This document shows, piece after piece, positions 48,975 to 59,089 of a stretch of DNA of 64,000 nt. This stretch comes from a candidate division WOR-3 bacterium. Its GTDB lineage: Bacteria; Hydrothermota; Tepidihabitantia; Tepidihabitantales; DTDR01. How positions within the stretch are numbered: the first letter of the stretch is position 1; each line of letters starts with the position of its first letter. The DNA lies in NCBI GenBank assembly GCA_039801725.1, contig JBDRVE010000005.1:3370-67369 (forward strand), in the 5' to 3' direction. A program made the translations under genes and the position numbers. The notes beneath the pieces are model-generated. The model had not been told where the DNA came from. It did no database searches and was given only the letters and a program-made list of their open reading frames with translations.

Positions 48975-50186
48975 TTAAAAATTTATTTGATAGATTAAAA
49001 TCCCTTCGTCCCTTGTGCCAACATAAATTTGATAATTTTTATCAACAAATACTGTCCGACAATCACTAAATTTTATCTCCGATAATATTTTTAAATAATC
49101 AGGTTCGCTAATAATTTTATAAACTTTTAAACCACCAGAACCACAGGCAGCAAATAATAATGAATCCTTTAAAAATAATTTTTTACAATAGCCACTTATT
49201 TCTCTCTCTTTTTTGAAAATTGGTCTTGAAGGGTCTTTTATATCAATAATACTTATTCCTCGACCATCAGCAACAAATAATAGCGAATCATTGCCAACTA
49301 AATCGCGGGCATTATTTGGTGTGTCAATTTTCGATAGAAAAGCAACGGTGTCTGCTAATTGATAAATATACACCCCTTCTTGTTCGCAAGCAAGAAAGAT
49401 CAGATTATTAAAAGTGGCACATCCCCTTAAAGAGGAAGGAAAATAAATTTGGTTAATTAAATATAAAAAAGAGGTATCTTTTACATTTACTACTAAAAAT
49501 TGTTTATCTGCGGCTACGACGACAATAGTATCATTTAAAATACTTAAATCATAAGCATAAGCAATAGGCCAAGATAAAGAATTTATTTCATAAATTGTAT
49601 CAGGTAAAAAGTTGAGATTTAGAACACTTAGTTCCTTTTCTCCATAGGCTAAATAGAGAAGATTTCTTAAAGTATCAATTCCTAAACCGTAGAGAATATT
49701 TCTTCTATCAGAAAAAGATTTGATTTTGTCGTTTTCATTAAAAATCTCTAAACCAACTTGACTACCAGCAACCAAAAGATAATTATTATAAAAAAGAATA
49801 TCATTAGGATAGCCTTCGGTCTTGAAAGATTTGAGGAAATTTAAAAATCTAATCCTAAATCTTCTTACCTCACTCCATTGGGAATAAATTGAATCTTTAT
49901 CTAAATATCTCACTTTAAAGTAATAATTTCCTTCTTTTAATTCTTTTAATGTCAAACTATTTTCGGAGATAATGGTATCAATTATTGGTGTTTTAAAAGT
50001 ATTGGTATCATCCAAGAGAAAATGGTAATTAATTGCATCGTTAATTTTTTCCCATTCCAAAATTATTGAAGAAAGGGGAGAAAAACTTTCATCAAAAGAA
50101 GGTTTAAAAATTTCTGGTGCTCTTTTTTCCCTTAAAGGATAGTGACAGAAAAGAAGGATAAGAAAAAGAAAATAAACTCTTTTCAT
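48975..50186 (-). CDS. secreted LVIVD-repeat (beta-propeller-like) protein
   Basis: Signal peptide; repeated hydrophobic-x-hydrophobic-x-D blocks (NNYLLVAGSQVGLEIFN, NDTIVVVAADKQFLVVNVKD, LLFVADGRGISIIDIKD, SLLFAACGSGGLKVYKI). Confidence 0.5.
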   Translation of the reverse strand: MKRVYFLFLILLFCHYPLREKRAPEIFKPSFDESFSPLSSIILEWEKINDAINYHFLLDDTNTFKTPIIDTIISENSLTLKELKEGNYYFKVRYLDKDSIYSQWSEVRRFRIRFLNFLKSFKTEGYPNDILFYNNYLLVAGSQVGLEIFNENDKIKSFSDRRNILYGLGIDTLRNLLYLAYGEKELSVLNLNFLPDTIYEINSLSWPIAYAYDLSILNDTIVVVAADKQFLVVNVKDTSFLYLINQIYFPSSLRGCATFNNLIFLACEQEGVYIYQLADTVAFLSKIDTPNNARDLVGNDSLLFVADGRGISIIDIKDPSRPIFKKEREISGYCKKLFLKDSLLFAACGSGGLKVYKIISEPDYLKILSEIKFSDCRTVFVDKNYQIYVGTRDEGILIYQINF

Positions 50187-51106
50187 AATTTACCCCCTTT
50201 GGTCAATTTTAAAGAAAAGATATTTTTTTGATAATTTTTAATATCCTCAAACTCTTCTTTATAAGGAATCTGACAAGTTCTTTTTTCAAAACTATACCCG
50301 AAAGTAATTGATAAATCTTTTTTAAGTTTTACTGGTATTTGAAAAGAGATAGAATATAGATAATCAACTCGGTTCTTATGGGTTAGATCAATTTTAGTTA
50401 AATAATTTCTTCTCTTTAATTCCAAAGTTAATATTAAATCAATAAATTCTCCTCTTCTTCTCAGTTTTAGTTCGTTACCGATTTGAAAATAAGAGATATC
50501 CGGTTCTTTTTCTTCTAATTTATTGATTGTCCAATTTCTTATTAAACTCAGATTATTAACTATTTGATAAATTACTTTTATATCTTTTTTATATCCGAAA
50601 GTGATAGAAAAAGAATTAGAATTGTAATATTTAAAATCTTCATTGTATAAGTCAATTTCGTTTTTTATTCCAATATTAAAATCTTCTAAATTAACTCTTA
50701 AAAAGAGAGAATGTTCGTTATAGAGACAAGGCTTTTGATAAAAATTGCGAAGATAATAATTGGGTAAAAAGGTATAACCAAAATTTAATTTAGAAAATTT
50801 TGTTGATATTTGATATTCTAAATAACTTTTCTTCCGATTTTGTAAAAAACCTTTGTATTCGGTTTGTAAAGCAAATAAAAGATTTTTTAGATAAAAATCT
50901 ATTTTTAAACTGAAAGAGGTTATTAAATCGTCGGCAGTTTTATAATCTTTATCTTTTTTGCCTTTACTAAATAACTCCAAGTCTTTTTGAGAAAATTTGA
51001 AAATATTATCGTCATAAATAAAACCTTGTTGGAATTCAAAAGTATGGGCAAAGATAAAATTGGTTAATAAAAAAATAATAAGAAATTTAAAGTTTTCTTT
51101 TTTCAT
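50183..51106 (-). CDS. hypothetical secreted / outer-membrane-type protein
   Basis: Signal peptide, alternating aromatic beta-strand-like segments; overlaps both neighbouring genes. Confidence 0.4.
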   Translation of the reverse strand: MKKENFKFLIIFLLTNFIFAHTFEFQQGFIYDDNIFKFSQKDLELFSKGKKDKDYKTADDLITSFSLKIDFYLKNLLFALQTEYKGFLQNRKKSYLEYQISTKFSKLNFGYTFLPNYYLRNFYQKPCLYNEHSLFLRVNLEDFNIGIKNEIDLYNEDFKYYNSNSFSITFGYKKDIKVIYQIVNNLSLIRNWTINKLEEKEPDISYFQIGNELKLRRRGEFIDLILTLELKRRNYLTKIDLTHKNRVDYLYSISFQIPVKLKKDLSITFGYSFEKRTCQIPYKEEFEDIKNYQKNIFSLKLTKGGKL

Positions 51107-51809
51107 AAATTCTAATTTTACTTATTTTTTCATAAGGTTTAATATCAATTAAAATTTCTGCTTCTTCTTCATCAATATTTAAAAGAATTTTTTTTGTTGT
51201 ATCCCTTAAAATAATTTCGCCATTTTTTATTATTTGATAACTTATATTAGTTTTTTCTTTTGTTAGAAATCGGATTTGAAATTGATTAGGACCGTTAAGT
51301 TTTATTTTTATTGGGGTTGTATCAATTTGAGAAATAACTTTTATTTCTTTAAATTCGCTCGGTTTTTTCAATTCTAATCTTATTGCTACTGTTTCTCTTT
51401 GGGCATCAAAAAGTAATAGTTGATATTCGTGGATTCCTGAAGGAACTTCCAAGTTGATTGAACGCCACTTTCCATAATGTCTTCCTTTTTTATCATAAGC
51501 CTGTTTTGAGATTTCAGTTGTAAAATGATAGATATATTCTTTATCATTGGTTTTTAAAAGGATTTTATAACTTCCGATATTGTGAAATTCTGGATGGTTT
51601 AAAGGTAAAAATAAAAGCCGGGTATAAATCTTTAAAATCTTTGGTCCTTTTACTTTGATTTTAATTGGTGTATCTTTTGTTAAAAGATAATATTCCTCTT
51701 CAATTGGTTTTAGAACCCGAATTTTAATAGTGGACGATTTTTTAACCTCTAAGGTTTCAGCAAAAATAAGAGCGAAAAATAAAAATATAAATATTAGAAA
51801 TTTTTTCAT
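51087..51809 (-). CDS. hypothetical secreted protein
   Basis: Signal peptide MKKFLIFIFLFFALIFA; ORF only. Confidence 0.4.
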   Translation of the reverse strand: MKKFLIFIFLFFALIFAETLEVKKSSTIKIRVLKPIEEEYYLLTKDTPIKIKVKGPKILKIYTRLLFLPLNHPEFHNIGSYKILLKTNDKEYIYHFTTEISKQAYDKKGRHYGKWRSINLEVPSGIHEYQLLLFDAQRETVAIRLELKKPSEFKEIKVISQIDTTPIKIKLNGPNQFQIRFLTKEKTNISYQIIKNGEIILRDTTKKILLNIDEEEAEILIDIKPYEKISKIRIYEKRKL

Positions 51810-52807
51810 ACTCCCTCCTCATAAACTTCTTCTTTTTTTCTTGTTAAATAATATTCTAAATCATATTTGATAATCACATATAATAAGACAAGCAAAATAA
51901 TCAAAAATAATGCTGTATAAAAAAGGGGATATCTTTTTTCGTAAAATAATCTACCTCTAAATAATTCTTCTTTAATTTCGTATTCTTCCTTTAAAATAAG
52001 AGGATTAGCAAAATGATAGAAAAAGGTTTTTTTATTTATTTCTTTAAAAGATAAATCATAAGAGATAGCAATAATTCCTTTGTAATGGCGGTTTTTTAAT
52101 AAATCTCTTTTTAAGGAAATTTGTAGAGATTCATTTTCAGCAATAATTGGTTTTATATTATAATAATTAATCTTTTCTTTAATAAATTCTCTTGCTTCTT
52201 GAGATAATCCTTCGCCTAAATCGTTTTTTCCACCAAGCGAGGCATATTCACAAGTAAAGTCAAGGATTTTATTATCTTTAAGTATTTTTAAAATCTCTAA
52301 AAAGGTGAAATTTGGGTCATTAGCACCATAAGAGATTGAAGCCACTTGCAAGAAGACTATTGGTTTAATTTTTAAAATTTCTAATGCAGATAATAGGGAG
52401 ATATTTAAAGCTGGGAAACTGCCATCTAAAAAAAGAATAACTGTATCATTTTCTTTCAATTTCTTATCTTTTAATACTTCAACAAATAGAGCAGCAAAAT
52501 TTGGCGAAAGGGATGCTTGGGATAATGCTAAATTTGTTCTTTCATAAGTTAAAAGCGAATAAGGATGGAAAATCAAACCACTCTCTTTTGGGTCATTGAT
52601 AATATCGATAGGAATCCCATAGTTTAACCTTGATTTTTTTACTATTTCCATTGCCTCTTTTGCTTTTTTTACCGCTTTAATCTTCTCTTCGTAATATTTG
52701 CTTTTTTCTTCTTTAACTGTGAAACTGAGGATAAGAAAGAGAATAACAGCCAACAGAGCGTAAATAATTATAATACTTTTTCCTACCTTACCAACTCTTT
52801 TTCTCAT
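51806..52807 (-). CDS. membrane-anchored protein, possibly a poly-gamma-glutamate system accessory protein
   Basis: N-terminal TM anchor; position immediately downstream of pgsB-pgsC with overlapping stops; no strong motif. Confidence 0.35.
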   Translation of the reverse strand: MRKRVGKVGKSIIIIYALLAVILFLILSFTVKEEKSKYYEEKIKAVKKAKEAMEIVKKSRLNYGIPIDIINDPKESGLIFHPYSLLTYERTNLALSQASLSPNFAALFVEVLKDKKLKENDTVILFLDGSFPALNISLLSALEILKIKPIVFLQVASISYGANDPNFTFLEILKILKDNKILDFTCEYASLGGKNDLGEGLSQEAREFIKEKINYYNIKPIIAENESLQISLKRDLLKNRHYKGIIAISYDLSFKEINKKTFFYHFANPLILKEEYEIKEELFRGRLFYEKRYPLFYTALFLIILLVLLYVIIKYDLEYYLTRKKEEVYEEGV

Positions 52808-53262
52808 TTAAAAATAAAAACTTTTCCACTGTTAATTAAAATCAAAATAAGACGGGTAATCACACTACCTACCAAAGCAGTAGAAAAGGTTTCGATAATT
52901 CCTTGTCTTTGCGACCAATAGGCTAAGAGGCCAGGAATAACATAGCCAATAACTTCCCAATTTAACATTTGTTTTTGATAAGTTATTGGTGGAAATAGTT
53001 TAAATAGATAGCCAAAAAGATAACCTAAAATTACTGAAATTAAAAGCAATCTTCTTCCATAAAGGATTACATATTTAGAAAGGATAAGATTAATTAAATA
53101 TACTAATAAGGCAATAAAAAAGGTTAAAATAATTTTAAAGGGATGATGAAGATTTAAAGCCAAATAGCCAGGTACGACAATTCCGCCAGCCGCTAAACCA
53201 ATTGTTTCGGTCATAAAAAAACTTAGAAGCATTCCTAAACCAATACCTTCAATTATTACCAT
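52804..53262 (-). CDS. pgsC: poly-gamma-glutamate biosynthesis protein PgsC/CapC
   Basis: 152-aa four-TM protein beginning MVIIEGIGLGMLLSFFMTETIGLAAGGIVVPGYLAL, as in CapC. Confidence 0.7.
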   Translation of the reverse strand: MVIIEGIGLGMLLSFFMTETIGLAAGGIVVPGYLALNLHHPFKIILTFFIALLVYLINLILSKYVILYGRRLLLISVILGYLFGYLFKLFPPITYQKQMLNWEVIGYVIPGLLAYWSQRQGIIETFSTALVGSVITRLILILINSGKVFIFK

Positions 53263-54434
53263 AAATTATAATCAATTTCTTTACCGTATTTTTGAAATTC
53301 TTTAACCAATCCTTCGCCGTAACCAACAATATTACCGGTAGCAAAAATTAACCATTTTTTGTTTTTACCTTTACTTTTTATAATCTCTGAGATTTGAGTA
53401 AAAACTTCTTTGGGTGCTTTTTTTTCTAAATCTAATATATTTTCTTTTTTTAGTTTTCTAATAAATGGTTTAGTTAAAAAACCAGTTGCCACATAATAAT
53501 CAGCAATAAATTTACTATTAATTAAATCACCCAATTGTTCTGACCTTTCAATCCGATCTGCTCGACAGTTCATTAAAACAATTTTGTAATCGTAATTTAT
53601 ACTATTAAATTTATTCCAAAGATAAAAAATTGAATCTGGATCATTTGCCGCCATAGTGTTAACAAAATAAGCATAATTATCATCAATCTTTATCTCAAAC
53701 ACCCTTAAAACCCCTGGGTCGGGATTAATCCTTTTCATTCCCAAAAGGGCTTTATTTTTCTCACAACCTAAATATTCACATACTGCTAATGCTAAGGCGA
53801 CATTTTCTTTATGTTCTAAATAAGAAAAACCTTTCATCATCTCATCATTTATACTATCTTTTTTTACATAAACTATTTTACAATTCCTTTCTTTCGCTTT
53901 CTCTTCAAATATCTTTAAATAATTTTCATCCTCAAAGATAAATAATACTCCATTTCTTGGGATTGTTCTTGCTAAATTTATTGCCACATCTTTTAAAGTA
54001 GGTCCCATAACATCCAAATGGTCATTTCTTACATTAGTAATAACCGTAATCTGGGGTTGAACAAGTTTCTCATTATAAATTGTTTGATATTCCGGAACTA
54101 ATGCCATACATTCGGTAATGCTAAATTCTGGTTGTTCCTGAGATAACCTTTTAAAAATCTTTTTCTCTTCAATAATATTTGCTCTTCCTAATCTAATAAT
54201 AGGAAATTCTTTATTATTAATTATCAATCTTGGTTTCGTACCAGTGGTTTTACAGGCAACTTTTTTATTATTTTCTAAAAGACCACCAGCAATTAATCGG
54301 CAAGTTGAAGATTTTCCTCTTGTACCATTAACTAAAATTCTTATTTTTATTTTTTCTAAGTTTCTTTGGTGAGTCTGATATTCCCAAAAAAGATAGAAAA
54401 GGAAAATAACCAGTAGAAAAAATAAAAAAATCAT
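53256..54434 (-). CDS. pgsB: poly-gamma-glutamate synthase PgsB/CapB (Mur-ligase family)
   Basis: N-terminal anchor then ILVNGTRGKSSTCRLIAGGL P-loop of the Mur-ligase fold; about 392 aa. Confidence 0.75.
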   Translation of the reverse strand: MIFLFFLLVIFLFYLFWEYQTHQRNLEKIKIRILVNGTRGKSSTCRLIAGGLLENNKKVACKTTGTKPRLIINNKEFPIIRLGRANIIEEKKIFKRLSQEQPEFSITECMALVPEYQTIYNEKLVQPQITVITNVRNDHLDVMGPTLKDVAINLARTIPRNGVLFIFEDENYLKIFEEKAKERNCKIVYVKKDSINDEMMKGFSYLEHKENVALALAVCEYLGCEKNKALLGMKRINPDPGVLRVFEIKIDDNYAYFVNTMAANDPDSIFYLWNKFNSINYDYKIVLMNCRADRIERSEQLGDLINSKFIADYYVATGFLTKPFIRKLKKENILDLEKKAPKEVFTQISEIIKSKGKNKKWLIFATGNIVGYGEGLVKEFQKYGKEIDYNLW

Positions 54435-54577
54435 TGTTTAAATTATATCAAAAATTATGCCGTTTTTCAATTTTTTAAACTATTGATTTTTCAACAATCT
54501 TTTCTATAATTTATCAAAGGTGATTAAAAAATGGGAAAAATTTTTCTCACACTTAATTAATAGATGAATGAATAATT

Positions 54578-55199
54578 TTGTTAATGTTAATTTTTAAAGA
54601 AATAAAAACAAATTTTCCTGTTCCTTTAGCGGTTGGTAATTATTGGGTTTACAAGCACATTTTTTATTCCTATGATCCCCAAAATGATAGTATGGTTGAA
54701 GATAGTTCTTACGAAAAGGCATCAGTTTTAAGAAAAATAAATAAAATTAAGAATAAACAAGTGAATGGTTATCAAATAGCAGGTGGACCTTTACCAGGTA
54801 TTTATTTTTATGAAGATGATTATCTGTGGTTGTATTCACAAGAGAAAAATTTTTATAAAACTTTTTCCAATAAAACCTAAATATCAGGATGAATGGGAGA
54901 TGTACAGAACGGTTGAAAAGGCAGAAGAAGACTTAGATGGAGATGGAATAATTGATTCAACAGGTATTCTTTCAGTTGCCAAAATAATTAAAAAAGAAGA
55001 AAATTTATATGAAGTATTAATCTGGGAATATCAAAATTGGGAGTGGCATTCTCAAACAAAGGAATGGTTTGATTATACTTTTCCTGCCTGGGGAGGATTT
55101 ACTGTTGAAATAGGAAAAGGAATAATTAAATATGAAGAACCAGTACGTAGGGGAATAGGAGATGAATGGATAATAAGAAAATATAAAATAAAAGATTGA
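54578..55199 (+). pseudogene. frameshifted, signal-peptide-less paralog of the lipoprotein at 23282-23965
   Basis: Two overlapping ORFs (54578-54880 and 54783-55199) together align along the paralog (PLAVGNYWVY / PLAVDNWWAY; FPIKPKYQDEW / FPEKPKIGDNW); the frame change occurs in GAGAAAAATTTTTATAAAA; a promoter is still present upstream. Confidence 0.55.
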
Positions 55200-55246
55200 T
55201 TTTTGAAAATTCCTGTTTATAATTTCTACTTAAAAAGGAGGAAAGA

Positions 55247-56386
55247 ATGAGAAGTTTATTAAAAGGTCTTTTAATTCTTACTTTAATTCTTATTATCTTT
55301 TGTCAAACAGGGGAAAAGAAATTGAAAATTGGGTTGATTGCTCCATTGACCGGTGATGTGAAGACGTTTGGTGAATCGGTAAAGAATGCCTTTTTATTGG
55401 CGATTGAAGAGGTTAATCAAAAAGGTGGCATTTTGGGCAAAAAGATTGAATATGTTATCTGCGATGATAAAAATGATCCAACGGAAGCAGCAAATGCGGC
55501 ATATAAATTAATTAATCAAGATAAAGTAAACGCGATAATCGGCTCAGTGGCTTCTAAGGCATCAATTCCAGTTTCGGAGATCTGTGAACAAAGTAAGATT
55601 GTGATGATAACACCAACTTCTACCAATCCAAAGGTAACTGTAAAAGAAGATGGAACAAGAAAAAGATATATCTTTCGTGCCTGTTTTATTGATCCTTTTC
55701 AAGGAAAAGTAGCAGCCAGTTTTGCTTTAAACAATCTAAAGGCTAAAACCGCTGCTGTGCTTTATGATGTTGGTAACGATTATGTAAAAGGGCTTGCAGA
55801 ATTCTTTAAAACTGCCTTTGAAGAAGGTGGTGGAAAAGTAGTACTTTTTGAATCTTATCAAAAAGATGATGTCGATTTTTCTGCCCTTTTAACAAAAGTA
55901 AAACAATCAAATCCTGATATACTCTTTTTACCTGATTATTATACGAAGGTTGGCTTGATTGCTAAGCAGGCAAGACAATTAGGTATAACTTCTACTTTGA
56001 TGGGTGGTGATGGTTGGGATTCGCCGGAACTTTCCAAAATTGCTGGTGAGGCGATTGAAGGTGGTTATTTTACTAATCACTATTCACCGGAAGACCCAAG
56101 AATAGAAGTGCAAGAATGGGTAAAAAAATATCAAGAAAGATACGGCAAGGTACCAGATGCCTTAGCGACCCTTGCCTATGATGCCACAATTTTACTATTG
56201 ACCGCAATTCAAAAGGCAAATTCTTTTGAACCGGAGAAGATAAGGGAAGCATTAAATGAGATAAAAGAGTTTAATACTGTTTCCGGTAAAATCGTCTTTG
56301 ATGAGAATGGTAATCCGATAAAGGATGCAGTAATTATGCAGTATAAAAATGGTAAGGCTTGTTATGTGGCTACTATTCATCCTTAA
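55247..56386 (+). CDS. ABC transporter substrate-binding protein, branched-chain amino acid (LivJ/LivK) family
   Basis: Signal peptide and periplasmic binding protein type I fold motifs (IGLIAPLTGD..., NAIIGSVASKAS); no permease or ATPase genes adjacent. Confidence 0.8.
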   Translation: MRSLLKGLLILTLILIIFCQTGEKKLKIGLIAPLTGDVKTFGESVKNAFLLAIEEVNQKGGILGKKIEYVICDDKNDPTEAANAAYKLINQDKVNAIIGSVASKASIPVSEICEQSKIVMITPTSTNPKVTVKEDGTRKRYIFRACFIDPFQGKVAASFALNNLKAKTAAVLYDVGNDYVKGLAEFFKTAFEEGGGKVVLFESYQKDDVDFSALLTKVKQSNPDILFLPDYYTKVGLIAKQARQLGITSTLMGGDGWDSPELSKIAGEAIEGGYFTNHYSPEDPRIEVQEWVKKYQERYGKVPDALATLAYDATILLLTAIQKANSFEPEKIREALNEIKEFNTVSGKIVFDENGNPIKDAVIMQYKNGKACYVATIHP

Positions 56387-56389
56387 AGA

Positions 56390-57052
56390 ATGGCTGATAT
56401 AACTTGGAGTGCCTTTGATAAAATTATTAACTCCTTTAATATTTCTTTAGACGAAGAGAAACTTGATAAATTAGTAAAGTATCATAAATTACTTATCAGT
56501 GAAAGGCAAAGGTTAAATTTATACTCTTTAAAGGATAACGAGAGATTAATTAAATACCATTTTGTTGATTCAGTAGTTGTTACTAAACTTCTACCCGAAA
56601 ATAAAATTATTGCTGATTTAGGAAGTGGTGCGGGATTTCCGGGAATAATAATCAAAATCTTTCGGCCTGATTTAAAAGTTTATCTGATTGAGTCAAAACA
56701 TAAAAAGGCAGTATTTTTAGAGAAAGTAATATTAGAGTTGGGTTTGGATGATTGTATTGTCCTTAATAAAAGGTTTGAAGAGATAACGAATATAAAATTT
56801 GATATTGTCGTTTCGAGATTAGTGGCTCCTTTGAAGAAGACTTTAAAATGGATTATGGGTTTAGATACTTTGAAACCCGATATGCTTATTTTGTATAAGA
56901 AGACCAAAGTAATCGAAAGAGAATTGAAAGAGAGTGAAAAACTTATTAAGAAAGCGGGTTATCAACCAAAGGATGTGGTAAAATTTCGCTATGAGCATAT
57001 CCGTTTAGTAAGAAGTCTTTTGATCTTGGAGAAAACTGAAGAGATTCTATAA
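56390..57052 (+). CDS. rsmG: 16S rRNA (guanine527-N7)-methyltransferase RsmG
   Basis: SAM motif DLGSGAGFPGI, about 220 aa. Confidence 0.85.
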   Translation: MADITWSAFDKIINSFNISLDEEKLDKLVKYHKLLISERQRLNLYSLKDNERLIKYHFVDSVVVTKLLPENKIIADLGSGAGFPGIIIKIFRPDLKVYLIESKHKKAVFLEKVILELGLDDCIVLNKRFEEITNIKFDIVVSRLVAPLKKTLKWIMGLDTLKPDMLILYKKTKVIERELKESEKLIKKAGYQPKDVVKFRYEHIRLVRSLLILEKTEEIL

Positions 57053-58099
57053 TTTTTTAAACAACTGAATAAACTTTTCGGCAATAATCTCTGCGGAATT
57101 TTCTTTTACATATTTTTCTTGGGCAGAAATTATTTCTTTCCGATAATTCTCATCCTCAATTAATCTTATAACTTTTTCTTCCAAATCTTTTTTATCTTTA
57201 TATTTTACCACCTCTTTATCCAAAAGTTCCACATAACGGGTATCAGGAAAGACAATCGGTGTTAAAGTTCCCAAAGTTTGGCAGACCGTGCTGGAAACAA
57301 CAATGTCTTGTTGATCTTTTCTTTTAGGAATGAGATGGATATCAACTGCTAATAGATATTTAAATATCGTTTCATTGGGTGGGGCTCCTCTTCTTATTTC
57401 TAATACTTTGCTTTCCGGAAACCTTTCATCTTTATCTTTTGAAGACCGTAAAATTAAATATTTGATATTATATCTATCTTTTAGTTTCTCAACTAACCAA
57501 AAATAGTCTTCATATTCATTTAAAGGTTGGCGACCAAAGGTAAAGAAAACTATTTTATCTTTTTCAATATTTAGTTCTTCTCTTAATTTATATTTATCAC
57601 CTTTGACAATTGGATAACAAGGATAAGGGATAATATAAATCTTTTCCTTGGGGTATTTGTCTAAAAGCATTTCTTGATAACGATAATCAAAGACAACAAT
57701 GGCATCAAAATTTAGTTTAAAGAAATCGTCAGAAAACCATCTTAATGCAGCATCGTGGCAAACATATACTTTTTTTGCTTTTAATTGAGGAAATATTTTT
57801 AATAAAGTCTTTATTGGCAATAAATGAGAACCACCTTCAAAAACAATTACATCGAAATCGCCAAAGATTATTTCATCAATTTTTCCTTCGCCCCATCGTT
57901 CTTTTGGTTGTTCATAACCACGAATCACATAATCTTCATCAGGGTTTTCAATAACAACGTGATACCAATCGATTGCTGTTTCTAAATAGGGTGCTAAAAC
58001 TTTTAATTCATATTTCTTTGCCCATTCTCTACCAATAAGTTCAGCATGCATACTAATACCACAAGTAGCATTCCAACGGGAGACTAATAAGATTTTCAT
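57047..58099 (-). CDS. glycosyltransferase, GT-B fold (GT4-like), putative
   Basis: Size and C-terminal region typical of GT4 enzymes; weak. Confidence 0.4.
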   Translation of the reverse strand: MKILLVSRWNATCGISMHAELIGREWAKKYELKVLAPYLETAIDWYHVVIENPDEDYVIRGYEQPKERWGEGKIDEIIFGDFDVIVFEGGSHLLPIKTLLKIFPQLKAKKVYVCHDAALRWFSDDFFKLNFDAIVVFDYRYQEMLLDKYPKEKIYIIPYPCYPIVKGDKYKLREELNIEKDKIVFFTFGRQPLNEYEDYFWLVEKLKDRYNIKYLILRSSKDKDERFPESKVLEIRRGAPPNETIFKYLLAVDIHLIPKRKDQQDIVVSSTVCQTLGTLTPIVFPDTRYVELLDKEVVKYKDKKDLEEKVIRLIEDENYRKEIISAQEKYVKENSAEIIAEKFIQLFKKL

Positions 58100-59085
58100 A
58101 ACTTTAAAAGTTCTTCCAAGATTAGAACCGCATTTGTTGCTGCACCCCTTCTTAAATTATCAGCAACAATGAAAAACCAGTATCTATTATTATCTATTCT
58201 TCTTATTCTTCCAATATAAACCAAGTCAGTTTCTCGAGCAATAATTGGCATCGGAATTTCTTCTTCTAATACTTTCAAATAATTCTCCTTCTTCAATTCT
58301 TCAATTATTTTCTCTTTTTCTATCTCCTTCTCAAATTCTACATATAAAGATATTGAATGGCAATGGGCAATCGGTACTCTGATAGTAGTAGCAGTAATAT
58401 CCAAATTGGGATAAGATAAAATCTTTCTTGATTCATTAATAATCTTTAACTCTTCTTTACAATAACCATCTTCATTTATTTCACCAATAAAAGGTATTAT
58501 ATTATCAACAATCACAAAAGGGAAAGGCGAATCAGTTGCTTTTTGGATTTGGTCACCAATTGCCAAAAACTCTGCTTCATAATAATATTCTTCTAAGGCA
58601 TCTTCACCAGCACCAGAAACCGATTGTAAACTTGATACAACTACTTTTTTAAATTCGCTTGCCCTTCTTAAAGGATGTAAAACCAAAACCAATTGGATTG
58701 TCGTACAATTGGGATTGGCAATCAAATTTTTGTGCTCCTTTAAGACCTCTTTATTAATCTCCGGAACACATAAGGGAACATCTTCACACAATCTAAAAAT
58801 ACTGGAATTATCAATCACAATTGCCTTCTCTCTTATTTGAGGAATAATCTCTTTCGTAATATTCTCTTCTAAGGAGGATAAGACATAGGTATTTTCACCA
58901 AGATAGTTAAAAACCTCTTTCAATTCCTTTACTTCTATCTCCTTATTATTTATTAGTATCTTTTCACCAGCACTTTCTTGTGAAGCAAAACCAAGGATTT
59001 CCGAAAATTCTAATTTTCTCTCTTGAATAATTTGGCAAATTTTTCTACCAACTAATCCAGTAATTCCTAAAATAATTAACCTCAT
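58096..59085 (-). CDS. asd: aspartate-semialdehyde dehydrogenase
   Basis: N-terminal NAD-binding RLIILGITGLVGRK, active-site Cys context NPNCTTIQLVLVLHPL, and the catalytic His context RVPIAHCHSIS. Confidence 0.85.
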   Translation of the reverse strand: MRLIILGITGLVGRKICQIIQERKLEFSEILGFASQESAGEKILINNKEIEVKELKEVFNYLGENTYVLSSLEENITKEIIPQIREKAIVIDNSSIFRLCEDVPLCVPEINKEVLKEHKNLIANPNCTTIQLVLVLHPLRRASEFKKVVVSSLQSVSGAGEDALEEYYYEAEFLAIGDQIQKATDSPFPFVIVDNIIPFIGEINEDGYCKEELKIINESRKILSYPNLDITATTIRVPIAHCHSISLYVEFEKEIEKEKIIEELKKENYLKVLEEEIPMPIIARETDLVYIGRIRRIDNNRYWFFIVADNLRRGAATNAVLILEELLKL

Positions 59086-59089
59086 ATTT

